A stretch of DNA of 64,000 nt from Neocallimastix sp. 'constans' (GCA_050613775.1 JBODTK010000146.1:310001-374000); one strand, 5' to 3'. Positions 1 to 14,407 are shown, counted from the stretch's first letter. Numbers and translations: made by a program. The notes: generated by a model not told the origin, from the letters alone.

Positions 1-271
1 GTAAATAATCTGGTTCACCTTCGATCTTTTTATTTAATATAAATTTTATTATAAAAAAAAATAAATATTATGTTCTTATTATCTTTATTATTGTTAGTAT
101 CTTTATATTACTTGTGGCCAACGTTTTTTCATAAAATTCTTAAAGTAAATAGCTGCAGAAAAACGTGTTGGTTCAGGTATTGATTCATCAGCAATAATTT
201 CTAGTACTAAAATTGAGAAATTTTGACATTTCTCCATTGCTAATAGAGATTTTTCAACTTCTTTCAATTCA

Positions 272-318
<47 letters not shown>

Positions 319-731
319 ATTATAACATTAATATTTTAATATTAGTAAAATTTATTAATATAAAATGAAATTATAAAATTAATAAAATGTAAAAATAAAT
401 TAATATATAATTTTCTTTTTTCTTTTTAAATAAATTTTAATTCAATTAATCTTATATATTATTTTACTTATTTTTTCTTGAAATTTGTTATAATTTCATT
501 ATCAAAATTTTTAACTATTACTATTATTATCATACTTATAATTATATTTAAATAATAAGAAAATTTCATTTATACACATCTTTAATCAAATACTAAATAT
601 TTTAACTTTTAAAATATTATAGTTATTGTATCAAATATAAATCGAATCTATTATATGTATATATATACATTAAAAATAATTTGTAACAATTACTTTTTTT
701 ATGCTTTTTGAGTTATTTTAATCTTTTTTTT

Positions 732-778
<47 letters not shown>

Positions 779-912
779 TCATTTAGATTACAGATAAATT
801 TTGCTTAAATATATTTTTAATAAATATAAAATATAAATTAATTTATACCTTTATTAAAACAAGAAACTTCTTTTGTAAATAAGTCAATTAAAGTAGCTTT
901 ATCAGAATTCAT
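1..912 (-). CDS. CSE1: Cse1/exportin-2 (importin-alpha re-exporter)-like protein, 5' part; exons 912-849, 272-112, 25-<1 (continues beyond window)
   Basis: Manual splicing gives MNSDKATLIDLFTKEVSCFNKDELKEVEKSLLAMEKCQNFSILVLEIIADESIPEPTRFSAAIYFKNFMKKRWPQIEGEPDYL, with GT..AG boundaries and consistent phases (1, then 0). The 'R.SAAIYFKNF.K..W' motif is the importin-beta N-terminal domain. FKNF.K..W followed by an 'EGEP' segment fits Cse1/CSE1L best. Confidence 0.8.
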
Positions 913-1932
913 TTCGAATAATTTATATGAATAATGTCAGAGATTAAATATTTTTATAAAATGTATAATAAAATTTTAATATTACAAATAATTGTAAAAA
1001 TAAATTAGTTTTGAATATATATATAATATTAAAGAATTTCTTTCGTTTTTTTTTTTTTTTATTTTATTTTTATTGATAAATTTTATAATGTTTTATAAAT
1101 TTATAAATTTGTTTTTTGATTGTTAAAAAAAAAAAAAACTATAATTATTGAAAAAAGAAATAAATTAAGGTTTTTTTTTTTTTTAAAAAAAAAAAAAAAT
1201 AAAAAAAGTAAATTATTTTTTAAATTAATAAAAAAAAAAAAAAATTAATGATGTATGATCCTTCAATAAAAAATTTATTGGTTAAAAAATTAACTTTATA
1301 CTATATAATATTAAAAAAAAAATAAATATATATAATATAATCGCTTAATGTTAATCATTTTATATATTTATAAAACCGAAAATTGATCCCATACAACACT
1401 TTAAAAATACTTGCAATAATATGAAAGTAATATAATATTAATTATTATTATAATTATAACTAGTATTATTTAAACTATAATAATTAATAATTATTGGTTA
1501 AAGTAACATTTATTATCATTTAATTTTTTAATTTATATCAAAAACTATTAAATAACTATTACTATCATCAATAATGCATAATAAAATATTCAAATTATTT
1601 TATTATCTTATTTTTATAAAGGTATTTTCATTTAATATTTATAAATTAATGATAAATATTAAATAATATAACATATATGATTTGATATACTAATCATACT
1701 TTTATTAAAGTTTTTATAATAGTATTTTTTTTTTTTTTTTTTTTATTTTCCTGAATGATTTAAAAAAGCTTTAATATTTATTTAATTAGTAATACTTATC
1801 CTATTAATTTATTTATATTTATTAAAATTTTATATAGAAATTAAATTTGTCTTTAATTTGAACAATTAACTGATAAAATATTAAAAATATATATATTTAG
1901 TATAATTTAGTATAATTTAGTATAATTTTTAA

Positions 1933-1969
<37 letters not shown>

Positions 1970-3180
1970 ATATATCGTTTAAACATAAAATAAATAAAGA
2001 AATAATAATTTACGTAATTATTGCAATATTAATATTTTTTAGAAATCATAAAATTTATGTGTTTGTTTAAATGATATTTAAATTATTCTTTATTCCAAAA
2101 TATAAAGTTATTTATCATTTTATATAAATAAATAAGTATATAAATATATATATATATATTTTTTGTTAAACTACATTTTCTATTAAATTGTGACATTAGT
2201 TATTAATAAATTCAATAATAAAACTTAGAATATAGTTATAATTAAAGGATTAAGCAAAAAAGGAAAAGTTGTCATAAAATTAAAAATCTAATTAATATTT
2301 GATATATGAAACAATTTATATATTAGTTATAAGTACATATATAAATTAAATTATTATATTACAATAATAAACTTTACTTGAAATAAAAATTTAAATTAGA
2401 ATAACAAAATTATATATATCATTCTTACTATTCTTTTCGATTTACTTTATATTCATATTATTTATTATTTCTATTGTTAATATCGAGTATTTATAAAATA
2501 TTTATGTCAGATAAATCATGACATTAATTTAAATGAATTACTAGTTAACATAGTTTTAAAAAAAACTTTTTTATAAAAAATTATATAAAGTTATTAAAAA
2601 TAATTATATATATATATAATTATTTAATATAATAGAAATTTTTTATATTTATAAATCCAAAATTTGATCCTATACAACAATTTAATAATAATATAATAAT
2701 TACTTTGTAATTATAATTCATATTAAATTATTTTCATATAAGTATATTATTACAACATTTTCTAATTTTTTTTTTTTTTTTAGCGAAGAGTGAATACAAA
2801 AAAATATTGTGAAAAAGAAGCATTCCTCTACTTAATTAAATATACAAATAAATAAAATGAAATCATAAGCTTTATTTTATTTACCATTAAAAGAAAAAAA
2901 AAAAAAATATATATATATATAAATATATATATATAAAATATTGAATAATGAATTAATAATTGAAGTAATCAAATAATCAATGAAAATTTATAATTATCCA
3001 TTAATATATATATTTATTATTTATGTATTCCTAGCCACATACATATTAAAAAAATTGAACCTATTTTTTATAATTTTACTATAAATGTATACAATAATAA
3101 ATATTTGTATACATTTACATATATTATATATTTAAGTATTAATAATAAAAAAAAAAAAAAGAGTGTGAGTTTGTTTTTAA

Positions 3181-3519
<339 letters not shown>

Positions 3520-3864
3520 CGTTATTTAAATATTGATAAATGTGAAATACCTTTTTATTTGAATCATAAATGAAAATTACAATTTAATTTTTTTTTTTTT
3601 TTTAAATAAAACATTATTATTTCATTTTTTTTAAAAAAATAATATAACTATAAATTGATCATCCTTTGACCATATTTAAATATTTTATAATTAAAATATT
3701 TATTAGTATAATATGATGTGTGATTTGCAGTGATGTTCTCTTTCATCCATTGTTAAATAAAATCGATTATTAAAAAGTATCCTTTTTTAAATCGAAATAT
3801 CATTGGATAATTATAAATAAAATATTCATAGATTTTTTTTCCTGAGTATTATGATAATGATTAA

Positions 3865-3903
<39 letters not shown>

Positions 3904-3984
3904 ATGTAAATAATTTTATAATTTATATAATGTATATTAATTTTTAGTTAAGAAAGTATTGAAAATATATGTAATATATATAAT

Positions 3985-4104
3985 ATATATAATATATATT
4001 TAATGAATAGAAGAACTTAAAAAAAGAAGAACAAAATTATTAATTATATAATATATATTTAATGAATAGAAGAACTTAAAAAAAGAAGAATAAAATTATT
4101 AATA
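3985..4104. repeat. ~59-bp tandem duplication
   Basis: Two near-identical copies of tatataatatatatttaatgaatagaagaacttaaaaaaagaagaaYaaaattattaat. Confidence 0.85.
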
Positions 4105-6457
4105 CAAAAAAATTTTTTTTGTTCTTTTTTTAAAGATTCTAAAAGTATCTTTTTTTGGTAATAATTTTAATTAATTTTTAATTTTAAAATTCTATTTTAT
4201 TTAAAAAAAAATTTGTTTTTATTTTATTTTTATTAATACTTTTTCACTTTTATTTTTTTACTTCACTGTTTTATTTTTATGTTTTTTTTTTTTTTTTTTT
4301 TTTTTATTTTATTCTATTAGTACTCTTTTTTTATTTAATATTCTACTATTTATTTTATATTATTAATACTTTAAATGTTTTATATTCACTATTTATTTTA
4401 TTTTACTCAATCTGTATTTTAATATTTAAATTTCAACTATGTTATTTTGTTTTATATTTATATACATAAATATATATATTTAGTATAATAATTTATTACT
4501 TACGGTATATATCTTAAAGTTTTTTGTATTATTAATTATAATAATGAAATATAATGTGAATGTTACTAATTATCATTTTCTTTCCAATTTTAAAAATCAT
4601 TTCTTTTTACTATGAATGACCTCTAATTCAATTTATAATGCTCAATTATATTTACAATTATAAATATGATATTAATTATTTTCTATTATTTATTTATTAT
4701 ATATTTAATTAATTATTTATATATATAATTAATTATTTATTTATGCATTGATAAATATTATTTGGATATAATTTTTGAATATTTATCTATTTAATGATTT
4801 TCATATGCTTTTTTAGTAAATGAATTTTTTTTTTAATAATCATAATAATTAATACTATAAAAATATTGGTTAAAATTTAATTTATAATTTTCAATTAAAA
4901 CATTCTATATATTAATAATTGAAGCAAATGTATTATAAATTGGTTTCTACCGCATAAGATAATATATTTTAATATATGTATTCTTTCAAAAATTTATATC
5001 ATGTTCCATTTTTTAAGAAAAAATATTAATGAACGTTGTACTAAACTATTCTGTGAAAAAAAATTTTCTTTTAAAAAAATTTTAAAATTTCAATTTTGTA
5101 TAATATATTATATTATTAGTTAAATTATAATCACGATATATTATGAATATATTAAAAAAATTTTAAATTTATATAAATGTACTATTGACTAATACATTCT
5201 TATTAAATTAAAATAATATAAACATAATATAAATAAATATATTTATAATATATTTATATTATATTAAAATTATATTAAAATAATATATTATTATAAATAA
5301 AATTTTAATTAAAGTATTTTTCTTTCTATTTTATTTCGTATTTTTTTTTTTTTTTTTTTTTTTAATATTTTAAATAAATATTTATTAAAAAAAAATAAAA
5401 ATAAAAAAATAAGAGAAGGATTTAAATAATGAAGATTTAAATAATAAATAAAGATCAAATAAGGATAAAATGAAATAAAAAATAAAATAAAAGTATAAAA
5501 ATAACAAAATTTAGTTAAAGAAAAAAAAATAATAATCATTTAAAAATAGTTCAATTTAATTGTTTTAAAAAAGTTGAAAGTAATAAAAAAGTGAAATTTA
5601 ATACCGAAAATTGTTAAATTTCATTTTTTTATTAAAAATATATATATATTAAAATAATAATATAAACATATCAGTTATTTATATAATATGAATTAAATAT
5701 TACATTAAAAGAAAAAAAAAATACTTTTTTTTTATTCATTTTAAAAAATATCAAACATATAGTTTTAACAATTACAAATATATATGAACTATTTTGTTAG
5801 TATTATATATGTTCATTGTATTAGAATAAAATACTATTTTTGTTTTTCCAATTATATGTTTATAAGAAATTATTTATATATATATATATTTTATATATCG
5901 GATTTATTTATAAATACAAATAACGTATTATTGAATAAATAGTTTTTTTTTTCTTTTTTATAAATATATTTATCTTATTTTTTATTCTTTTATATAAATA
6001 ATTTATTTTATTTTCATTTTATTTTGTTTTATTTTATTTTTTTTTTTTTTGGAAAATAAAATTAAAAGAGAAAATTATTTTGATATACTTTATTAAAAAC
6101 ATTTGTCAATAAAATTTTGGTTATCTATTTTATTTTATACATATTTTTATATATTTATCTTATCAGTCAATTCGTTATTCGCATTCGCAAAATATACAAA
6201 CTGGAAGTGATTTATAAAATCAAATTAAAAAATTTATTTAAAAGCAATAATTTATAAAGTAAAAACATAAAATAACATACCTTTAAATAAAGTAAAAATA
6301 GTTTATTTTCTTAATATTACTATTTTAAAACATATCAAAATAGATCACTATAAGTAATTATTACCAATAAAGTAGAATTGAAAAATATTGTATAAATAAT
6401 ATTTATTTATACTCATTTAAGTAATAATAATAATAAAAAAAAAAAAAAAAAAAAAAA

Positions 6458-8227
6458 ATGACACAATCAAAGAAAATCAATTATTCTTCATTGATTAAGG
6501 AACCAGAAGATTATGATACTGAAACTACTGAAATAATGAATATAAGTGATTATTCAATTCAATCAAATTCATTATACAATAATAGTGAAGGAGAACAATA
6601 TGATACCAATAAAATAAAGGGTTTAGGAAATAAAAATACGAAAATTTTTAAAATGACTAATCATGAAAATAGTATTAAATTACCATCACGATACAAACCA
6701 AAAAATTCAAGTATAAGTTCTTCTCTTCAAAATAATATAAATGAATTTTCAATAAACTATTCAGATATTTCAACTATAGGGAAAATCCCAACTAGCATTA
6801 CCTCATCAAACAAACACAAATCTCTTACATTGGATAATAATTCCGAATATGATAGTGCTAGCGTCATAGTAGAAATTAGTGATAAAGAAGGTGAAATGGA
6901 AATTATAAAGACTGAGAAATCTAATCCACTAAAAGGAGAAAATAATAATGATACTTTTGATATTAGCGATCATCAGATAAGTAAACTTGATAATCTTAAA
7001 AAGAAATGTAAATTACCAGAAAATCGTATATCAGTGGCCACTAGTGGTGATTATACATATGTTGATTCTGATCAACCACAAACTCCACTCGAAATTGAAT
7101 CTGAAAGTGAAGATGCATATGAAAAATCCGGAACTAATATCAAAAGATTAACAAGGTTAACTGATACTACGTCAGTTCCACCACAAGTAATTGATCATGT
7201 TGAAGATATAAAAGATAAAAAAATACAAGAAGCAGATATTACAAATAATGAACATAAGATTGCTATAGAAGATGATGAAGAAGATAATACATGCGCCATT
7301 TGTCTTATTGAGACTCAAAAACCAACTGATATTGAAAATATTACTGGAAATAAAGATGGTTCCAATGAAGCAGCTGTTAAACCTTCAAAAGAGGAAATTG
7401 ATAATTATGAATGTAAACTTCACTGTATGCATAAATTCCATTATTCATGTATTGCTCAATGGTTAGAAAGAAGTCAGAATTGCCCAATCTGTCGTATGGA
7501 AATTAAGCACTATGAAATTGAAGCAATTGAAAAACGTTTTGATATATCAATTAAAGTAAAAGAAGAACCAGTTCCATTAGTTGTTCCACATTATAATACC
7601 ACATTTTATTTTGATACGGAACTTTCTGAAGGATTAGTAAGAAATTATATGAATGAACATATTCCTTGGGTTAAATTTAAACCATATTTCTACATTAAAT
7701 ACTTTTTCTATATCATTATGCTCTTTATTTTAGCTGTTGCAGGAATAATACTTAGTGTTATTAGTATAATAAAAGAAAAGATGTACCTTGCAACATATGT
7801 AATTGTTTTAATATTAATTATTGGTTTTATTATTCATTTATGCCAATTAGTTAAAAGTATAAAAAATAAAAAATTGATAGAATTAATGATTGCTCAACCT
7901 GCCTCTTCTAGTATATTCTATGGTTTAGTTGTTCTTATTTTCATATTATTATTTGCTAACTTAAATAATTTGGTTAACGCTGAAGTAGATAAACCAATAA
8001 CTTTGGAAGATATATATCAATATAGTATTATAATTTTCTTTACAATTATGATGATATGGAGTTGTATTGAAGTAAGAATATGCTATTTAATGTTTAAAGA
8101 AGATAATAGACGTACAGTAGATGCCGATGTTTCTCGTAGAAATGAAGAAATTATGAATAGAACTCGTGAACAGGAAGCACGTGAAAGAGAAGAATTTGAA
8201 AGAAACTTTAGTCATTTAAATGATTGA
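6458..8227 (+). CDS. RING-H2 finger membrane protein (putative E3 ubiquitin ligase), 589 aa, intronless
   Basis: Long ORF preceded by an A-run/AAAATG context. C-x2-C-x40-C-x-H-x2-H-x2-C-x10-C-x2-C (CAIC...CMHKFHYSCIAQWLERSQNCPICR) at ~7292-7492. Four hydrophobic segments at ~7700-8096. S/N/E-rich N-terminus and charged C-terminal tail. Confidence 0.9.
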   Translation: MTQSKKINYSSLIKEPEDYDTETTEIMNISDYSIQSNSLYNNSEGEQYDTNKIKGLGNKNTKIFKMTNHENSIKLPSRYKPKNSSISSSLQNNINEFSINYSDISTIGKIPTSITSSNKHKSLTLDNNSEYDSASVIVEISDKEGEMEIIKTEKSNPLKGENNNDTFDISDHQISKLDNLKKKCKLPENRISVATSGDYTYVDSDQPQTPLEIESESEDAYEKSGTNIKRLTRLTDTTSVPPQVIDHVEDIKDKKIQEADITNNEHKIAIEDDEEDNTCAICLIETQKPTDIENITGNKDGSNEAAVKPSKEEIDNYECKLHCMHKFHYSCIAQWLERSQNCPICRMEIKHYEIEAIEKRFDISIKVKEEPVPLVVPHYNTTFYFDTELSEGLVRNYMNEHIPWVKFKPYFYIKYFFYIIMLFILAVAGIILSVISIIKEKMYLATYVIVLILIIGFIIHLCQLVKSIKNKKLIELMIAQPASSSIFYGLVVLIFILLFANLNNLVNAEVDKPITLEDIYQYSIIIFFTIMMIWSCIEVRICYLMFKEDNRRTVDADVSRRNEEIMNRTREQEAREREEFERNFSHLND

Positions 8228-8933
8228 AATAAAATATTATGATTGAATTAAAAAATAATAAAAAAGATAGTAATAATAATAAAGATCAAAAATAAAATTA
8301 AAAGAAAAAAAAAAAAAAACTTAAAGGATGAAGTCAAGATTCTTAATAGCAACGAAAAAATAATAGTATATATGTATATAAAGAAAGTTTCCAAATTAAA
8401 AGAAGAGATGGCAATTTATTGTTATCATTATAATGTTTACAACTCTTTATTTTTTTTTTTTTTAAACTGTTATTCATTATTTGTTGTTATTATTAAAATT
8501 AATGATATATTAAGGTTTATTTTTATTTTATTTTATATTATTTTTTTATTCAAGTAGATTATTATTTCGTAATTTTAATATAGTATTAAAGTAATATTAA
8601 AATATTAAAATTTTGAACAATACTAATCAATATATTAGGTAATTTTTCCAATATTTATAAACTATTGCTAATCAATTATCACACTGATATCAATTTATAA
8701 ATATTTAAATACAATTTTATAATACCAATACGCATAATTCAAACAGCATATTAATAACTTTATATTAGATTTTTTCATAAAAGTATGATAAAATTAAAAA
8801 ATATAAAAAATTAGTTGTTAAGTATTTCAATTTTTTTTTTTTTTCAGTGAATAAATTTAAAAAATTAAAAAAAAAAAAAATTCAGTAAATAAAAATAAAT
8901 GATATTTAAATGATATGTAAAAAGGAAAAGTAC

Positions 8934-8980
<47 letters not shown>

Positions 8981-9109
8981 TTAAAAAATATATTTAATTC
9001 ATATTTAAAATTATATATGTATAAATGAAATAATAAAAGGAAATTTTTTTTAAAAATATATTATATTTTATATTAATATATTAATATTTTCTTTTACGTA
9101 TATATATAT

Positions 9110-9146
<37 letters not shown>

Positions 9147-9344
9147 ATGGACAAAGTCTATATAAAATCATCATTATATAATATTATTTTATAAATCAAT
9201 ATTTTTCAATATATTTATATTATTATTTATAGAATAAGTTTTATAAATTCATTTAATATGTTTTAAATTTATATCATAAATTTATATCTTATTTATCAAA
9301 TAAAAATTTTTGAAGAAAAAGAAAATTTTATTTATATAATTAAC

Positions 9345-9385
<41 letters not shown>

Positions 9386-10374
9386 CAAATGTTTTAAAGT
9401 TTTTATATCAATTTTTTTATTTTCTTTTTTTACTCTTTTTATATATATATATATATATATATTTTATTGGATATTAACTTTTAATAAAAAAAAAAAAAAA
9501 AAAGAAAAAAAGGAAAAAGGAAAAAAGCAAACACAAAAACAATACAAAACAAACAAGCAAGCAAACAAAGGAAAGAAAAAAGGAAAAAGAAAAAATTGTT
9601 TTTGTACAAAAAAAATTATTAAATCTTCATTATTAATCCATTTATTTTTATTTTATTTATTTTTTTTTTTTTTTAAATTTTTTTTTTATTATTTTTATTT
9701 TTTATTTTTTATTTTATATATTTTTATTTTTTCTTATTTCATTATTCTTTTCTCTGTTATATATGAATATAATATATAATAAATTCAACAAAACAAATTT
9801 CCATTTATACTTCAAATTTTGATAATTTGAAATATATATATATCTATAAAAGAAAAAGAAAAAAGAAAAAATAAAAAAGGAAAAAAGAAAAAAAAAAAGG
9901 AATAAAAGGAAAAAGGAAAAAGGAAAAAGATAAATAAACAAACAGAAAAAAAAAAAGGAAATAAAAAAAAAAAAAAAAAAAAGGAAAAGAAAAAAGAAAA
10001 AAAAATTAAATATCATTGAATAACGTTGAATAAATAAGTAAATATAAAAAAATTTATAAAAGTAGAAAAATAGTTATATATAAAAAAACAAAAAATTGTA
10101 AAAATTGATAAAAACAGAATTTTAAAAAAAAAATGAAGAATTAAAAATTAAAAATTACAACTTTTAAAACGAAGATTGAAAATAAAGTTGTATATATAAT
10201 TAAAATAAAAATAAAAATATTAATAATAAAATAAAAAAAAAAAAATCTAATTATCTTTTCAAATCTTTTTGTGTAAAAAAAAGTTTTTGTTTTTATTATT
10301 ATTATTTTTATTTTTATTATTATTATTATTATTATTTCTATTATATATGAAATAATAATAATATGACAACTATT

Positions 10375-11569
10375 TAAAAATTTTCTTTAGATCCTAATCT
10401 TGAGAACCTTGATGATTTTTTAAATTTACTTCATGAATATAAAAATATATGTGGTAAAGTCAGGTCAATTAAGTTTTCTATTAAATCAAAATAATTTCAT
10501 CAGTCGATAGAATCTGTATGTAATGATTTTCGTAACAAAAATGCTTGAAGTGCTTGGTTAGAATTAAGGAAGCTATCTCACCCTATGTACTCTAATTCTA
10601 CTTCGTCAAGCGTTTTAAGGGACAAGCAGAGAAACTTTTTATTTTCTCATTCGGATCAATTGAATCGATTTTCTGAACATTATAGTGAGCTAGCTTCTGA
10701 TGTTACTCAACATAGTCTGGATAATGAATACTGAGGAAATTTATTTTGAAATTAATCTTAATAATAGTCCTACTTGGGATATTAATGATCCTATTACTAT
10801 GGATGAAATTCAAAACACAGTGCTTGATATGCAAAATAATAAAGCTCCCGGCCCCGATGGTATCCCGATTGAATTTTTTAAAGCCTTCTTTAGTAAATCT
10901 GATTTTATCCGATAATCAAGATGATTCATCAGATGATCACTACTCTGATTGTGCTAAATGTTTACTTTCATTATTTAACAAAATCTGGGATGGTAATTTC
11001 CTTGAAGAGTGGAATTCAGCTTCTATAATATCAATTCCAAAAAAAAAAAAAAAAAAAAAAAAAAGGAGATCTTAAAAAAGCCTATGATTCAGTATCTATC
11101 TTTAATAATATTTTGACCAAATTATATAACAATGGAATTAGAGGTAAATGTCATCTGTTTTTAAGGAACTTTTATCTATCCTCTAAAGCTCGTGCTTTTT
11201 TTAATGGTAATCTATTAAAAGAATTTTCGATTAATCGTGGTGTTAGACAAGGATACCCTCTATCTTCTATTTTATTCAATTTGCTCATTAATGATGTACT
11301 GGATAAATTGTAATAAGTATGGTGTATATTTAGAATCTCAATATTGTTGTGGTGGACTTTTTGCCGATGATATTGTTTTAGTTGCTCCATCTAAACAAGC
11401 TCTTAAGAAAGTTTTGAATAAGGTTCATAAATGGGCTATTAAAAATGAAATAACTTTTAGAATTAATAAGTGTGCTACTCTTGTTGTAAAACCGATTAAT
11501 TTTGTTAAACTGATTAATTACGAAGATCCATCTTTCTTTATTGGTAGTAACAAATTACCTAATTTATAA
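10375..11569 (+). mobile_element. Degenerate non-LTR retrotransposon (LINE) reverse transcriptase fragment
   Basis: Across frameshifts and stops: NNKAPGPDGIPIEFFK, EEWNSASIISIPKK-GDL, KKAYDSV, GVRQGYPLSSILFNL, GGLFADDIVLVA, INKCATL. These are canonical non-LTR RT motifs. Confidence 0.92.
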
Positions 11570-11846
11570 TTATATAATATATAAAATTTTAATTCATGTA
11601 AATATTTGTTATTTTTCATTAAAATCATGTAATTTTATTATTATTATTATAAATTAAATAAAGTTTTCTCTAAGTCTTAAAAAAAAAAAAAAAAAAAAAA
11701 AAGACAACTATTATTAAAAAATGGTTTGACATGTATATAATTTTACTCAATGAATTTGAATAGAAAATATCATAACTTTCATTCATGCTAAATATATAAG
11801 AGATGTTAACATTTTTTCATTGTCCTACAATCCTATGTATATTAAT

Positions 11847-11900
<54 letters not shown>

Positions 11901-12207
11901 TGAATTTATTTTACGTTACTATTTTAAAAATTATTTTATTCAAATTGGACAAATAATACTTATTTATTTATTTAATTTTTTTTTAAAAAAATAAAAAATA
12001 AAAAAAATTCATGTAATTAATAAATGAATAAGTAAATAAAGATTAAAAGTGTTCGCAGTAATTGAGGCTGTAAAAAAAAAAAAAGCTAAATTGTTCTATC
12101 TTAATATTCATAATTTAAAAAAAAAAGAGTTCATAACTCATTTTACTCATTTTCTTGATATATTATTAAATGTAAACTTCATTATATATATATATATATA
12201 TATATGA

Positions 12208-12238
<31 letters not shown>

Positions 12239-12258
12239 AAAGTTGATTATTAAATCAA

Positions 12259-12291
<33 letters not shown>

Positions 12292-12620
12292 TAGTCATTA
12301 GTAGTAATTTTTTTTTACTATTAAGAGTTTATATCACTCACTCACAATCAATATGATTAATAAGAATTACTTTCTACTAAATCCTATTTAATAAATACAG
12401 AGTAATCATTATTCTCCTACAAACACTTAAACAATAAATCAAAAAAAAAAAAGAAAAAAAAATAATAATTCTATTTAGCTTCATTTCACAATATTTATTT
12501 TTAAAATATTCATTATTAAAATTTCATCTTATTCCATTCTTTTTTATATTATAAAATAAAAAGAATTTTATAATATAAAAAATTATTATGTGTTTAATTA
12601 CATTGTACATTGTTCCACAT

Positions 12621-12847
12621 TGTTACTACTGTGTAACGTTAAATGTGGTAGTAATGTTAGACTCATATATAGAAAAATGATTATAAATATCAGGTAATGA
12701 CATATTCATAAATGAATAGGTCTTTCTTAATGAAAAAAGCAATAAGATTAATGAATAAACACATAATAAAATATGAGCATCATTTTCTGATTTTAACTGT
12801 TATGTTTAAAAGATTAAGAGTCTCATTGACTCAATAATTCATTAACA
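12621..12847 (+). repeat. Putative 5' LTR of the copia relic
   Basis: Starts TGTTA (12621; alternative start 12655) and ends TAACA (12847), giving TG...CA inverted termini. Contains the segment duplicated at 15911-15945. No clear primer-binding site follows. Confidence 0.5.
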
Positions 12848-13214
12848 ATTATTAATATCAAAAAAAATTCAATATATTAAATATTAAAAATTCATTAAAT
12901 ATTAAAATATAGTATTATTAATAGACATATTAAAATGATTAAAAAAGAAAATTCAACAACTACAAGGAGTTCTTCTTCAAAAACTTTAACAAATGCAATA
13001 AAGATAGCAAAGAAAACAAATACGTCAAGCACAACAATGAATAATGTGCCTGTTGAAGTAGAACCTTCAAATATTCAACCAAATACAATTAATAAATTTC
13101 ATATTCAACAATTTTAAAATTACAAATGAAAACTTTTACAAATGGTATTCAGATTTGAAATCATTCTTTGATTCTGAAGAATTAAGGATGATTATATATC
13201 AAAAAGAATATTGA

Positions 13215-13287
13215 AAATATAAATACAAATATAAATACAAATATAAATACAAATATAAATACAAATATAAATACAAATATAAATACA
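13215..13287. repeat. (AAATATAAATAC)x6 12-bp tandem repeat inside the copia gag relic
   Basis: Directly visible perfect repeat. Confidence 0.9.
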
Positions 13288-13792
13288 ATAAAAAAATAAT
13301 AAAAAAAAAAATAAAAATAAAAAAAAAAATAATAAAAAAAATAAAAATAAAAAAAAAAAAAAAAATTAAAAAAAAATAAAAATAAAAAAAAAAAATCTTA
13401 TAGTATGAAGGTACCTACTATCAGGATTATAATATTGAACAGCCTTGACGAATATACATAGAGTCTATTAAATAATTTGCACCAAGTGAATATTCAATGA
13501 TAAATGAATTAAAAGTAAGATTTTTCAGAAGCAGGCCCGTACAGACTCTTTGAAATCGAATTGAAAATAAAGAAGATTAGAAATTGAAAGCGATAACTTT
13601 AAGCTGTATTTTGATAATCTTAACTCTTTTTGTACAGAATATAATAATGAGACCAATTTTTACAAAATAAATAGGAACAGAGTGAAGAAACAAAAAGTTT
13701 AATACATTCTTTAAAGAGGAATTAAACAAAATTAAATAAAGTGGAAATTGCACATTCATTTCATATTTCTATATGTTGAAAAGGCATTTAAG

Positions 13793-13835
<43 letters not shown>

Positions 13836-14407
13836 AAAATACAAACTAAATACCCTAATTAAGAAAAATAAAAATATTAAAAAAAAGGGTAGATATCAGG
13901 GAAAAAAAAAAGTATATCAACATGAAGATTAAATTAACAGAGTCCCGAAAATGAGAAAATTTCCATATAATTTCAATAAAGAAACAAATTCCAATGGACA
14001 CTGCTACTATTGCCATAAAAATGGACATTTTACTAATAATTTTTTATTTATTTATTTATTTATTTTGTTTTTTATGTTTTATTTTTTATTTTTTTTTTTT
14101 CAAACCATCATTTTCACCAAAGAATAACTATTTAATATAAAATGATTACGGAATTACAGTAATAATCCATTTACTAAAATTAAAATAAAAACCAAATCAA
14201 ATTTTAACTGAAAATCAAGAGGAAATACTTAAAAAAAAAAAAAAAAAATACTAATATTGAAGAAAGTATAAAAATTAAAATCAAATGAAACCCATGCAAA
14301 AATTCTATATTAAAATAAAAAAAAATAATCAAAATATTGTAATTTTTAATAGAAATATCAATAAAAACATATAGGATATAAAAATCGCTAACAACACTTT
14401 TTTGAAC

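Noticed and set aside
3712..3850. Possible box C/D snoRNA (TGATGT ... CTGA)
   Set aside because: The C box is imperfect, the terminal stem is weak, and I could not identify an rRNA-complementary guide.
7272..7466. 64-aa ORF inside the RING gene
   Set aside because: It is an alternative frame of a well-supported CDS with no independent evidence.
9480..10010. Purine-rich GGAAAAA-like array as a telomeric or functional repeat
   Set aside because: It is an irregular low-complexity A-rich tract with no fixed unit.
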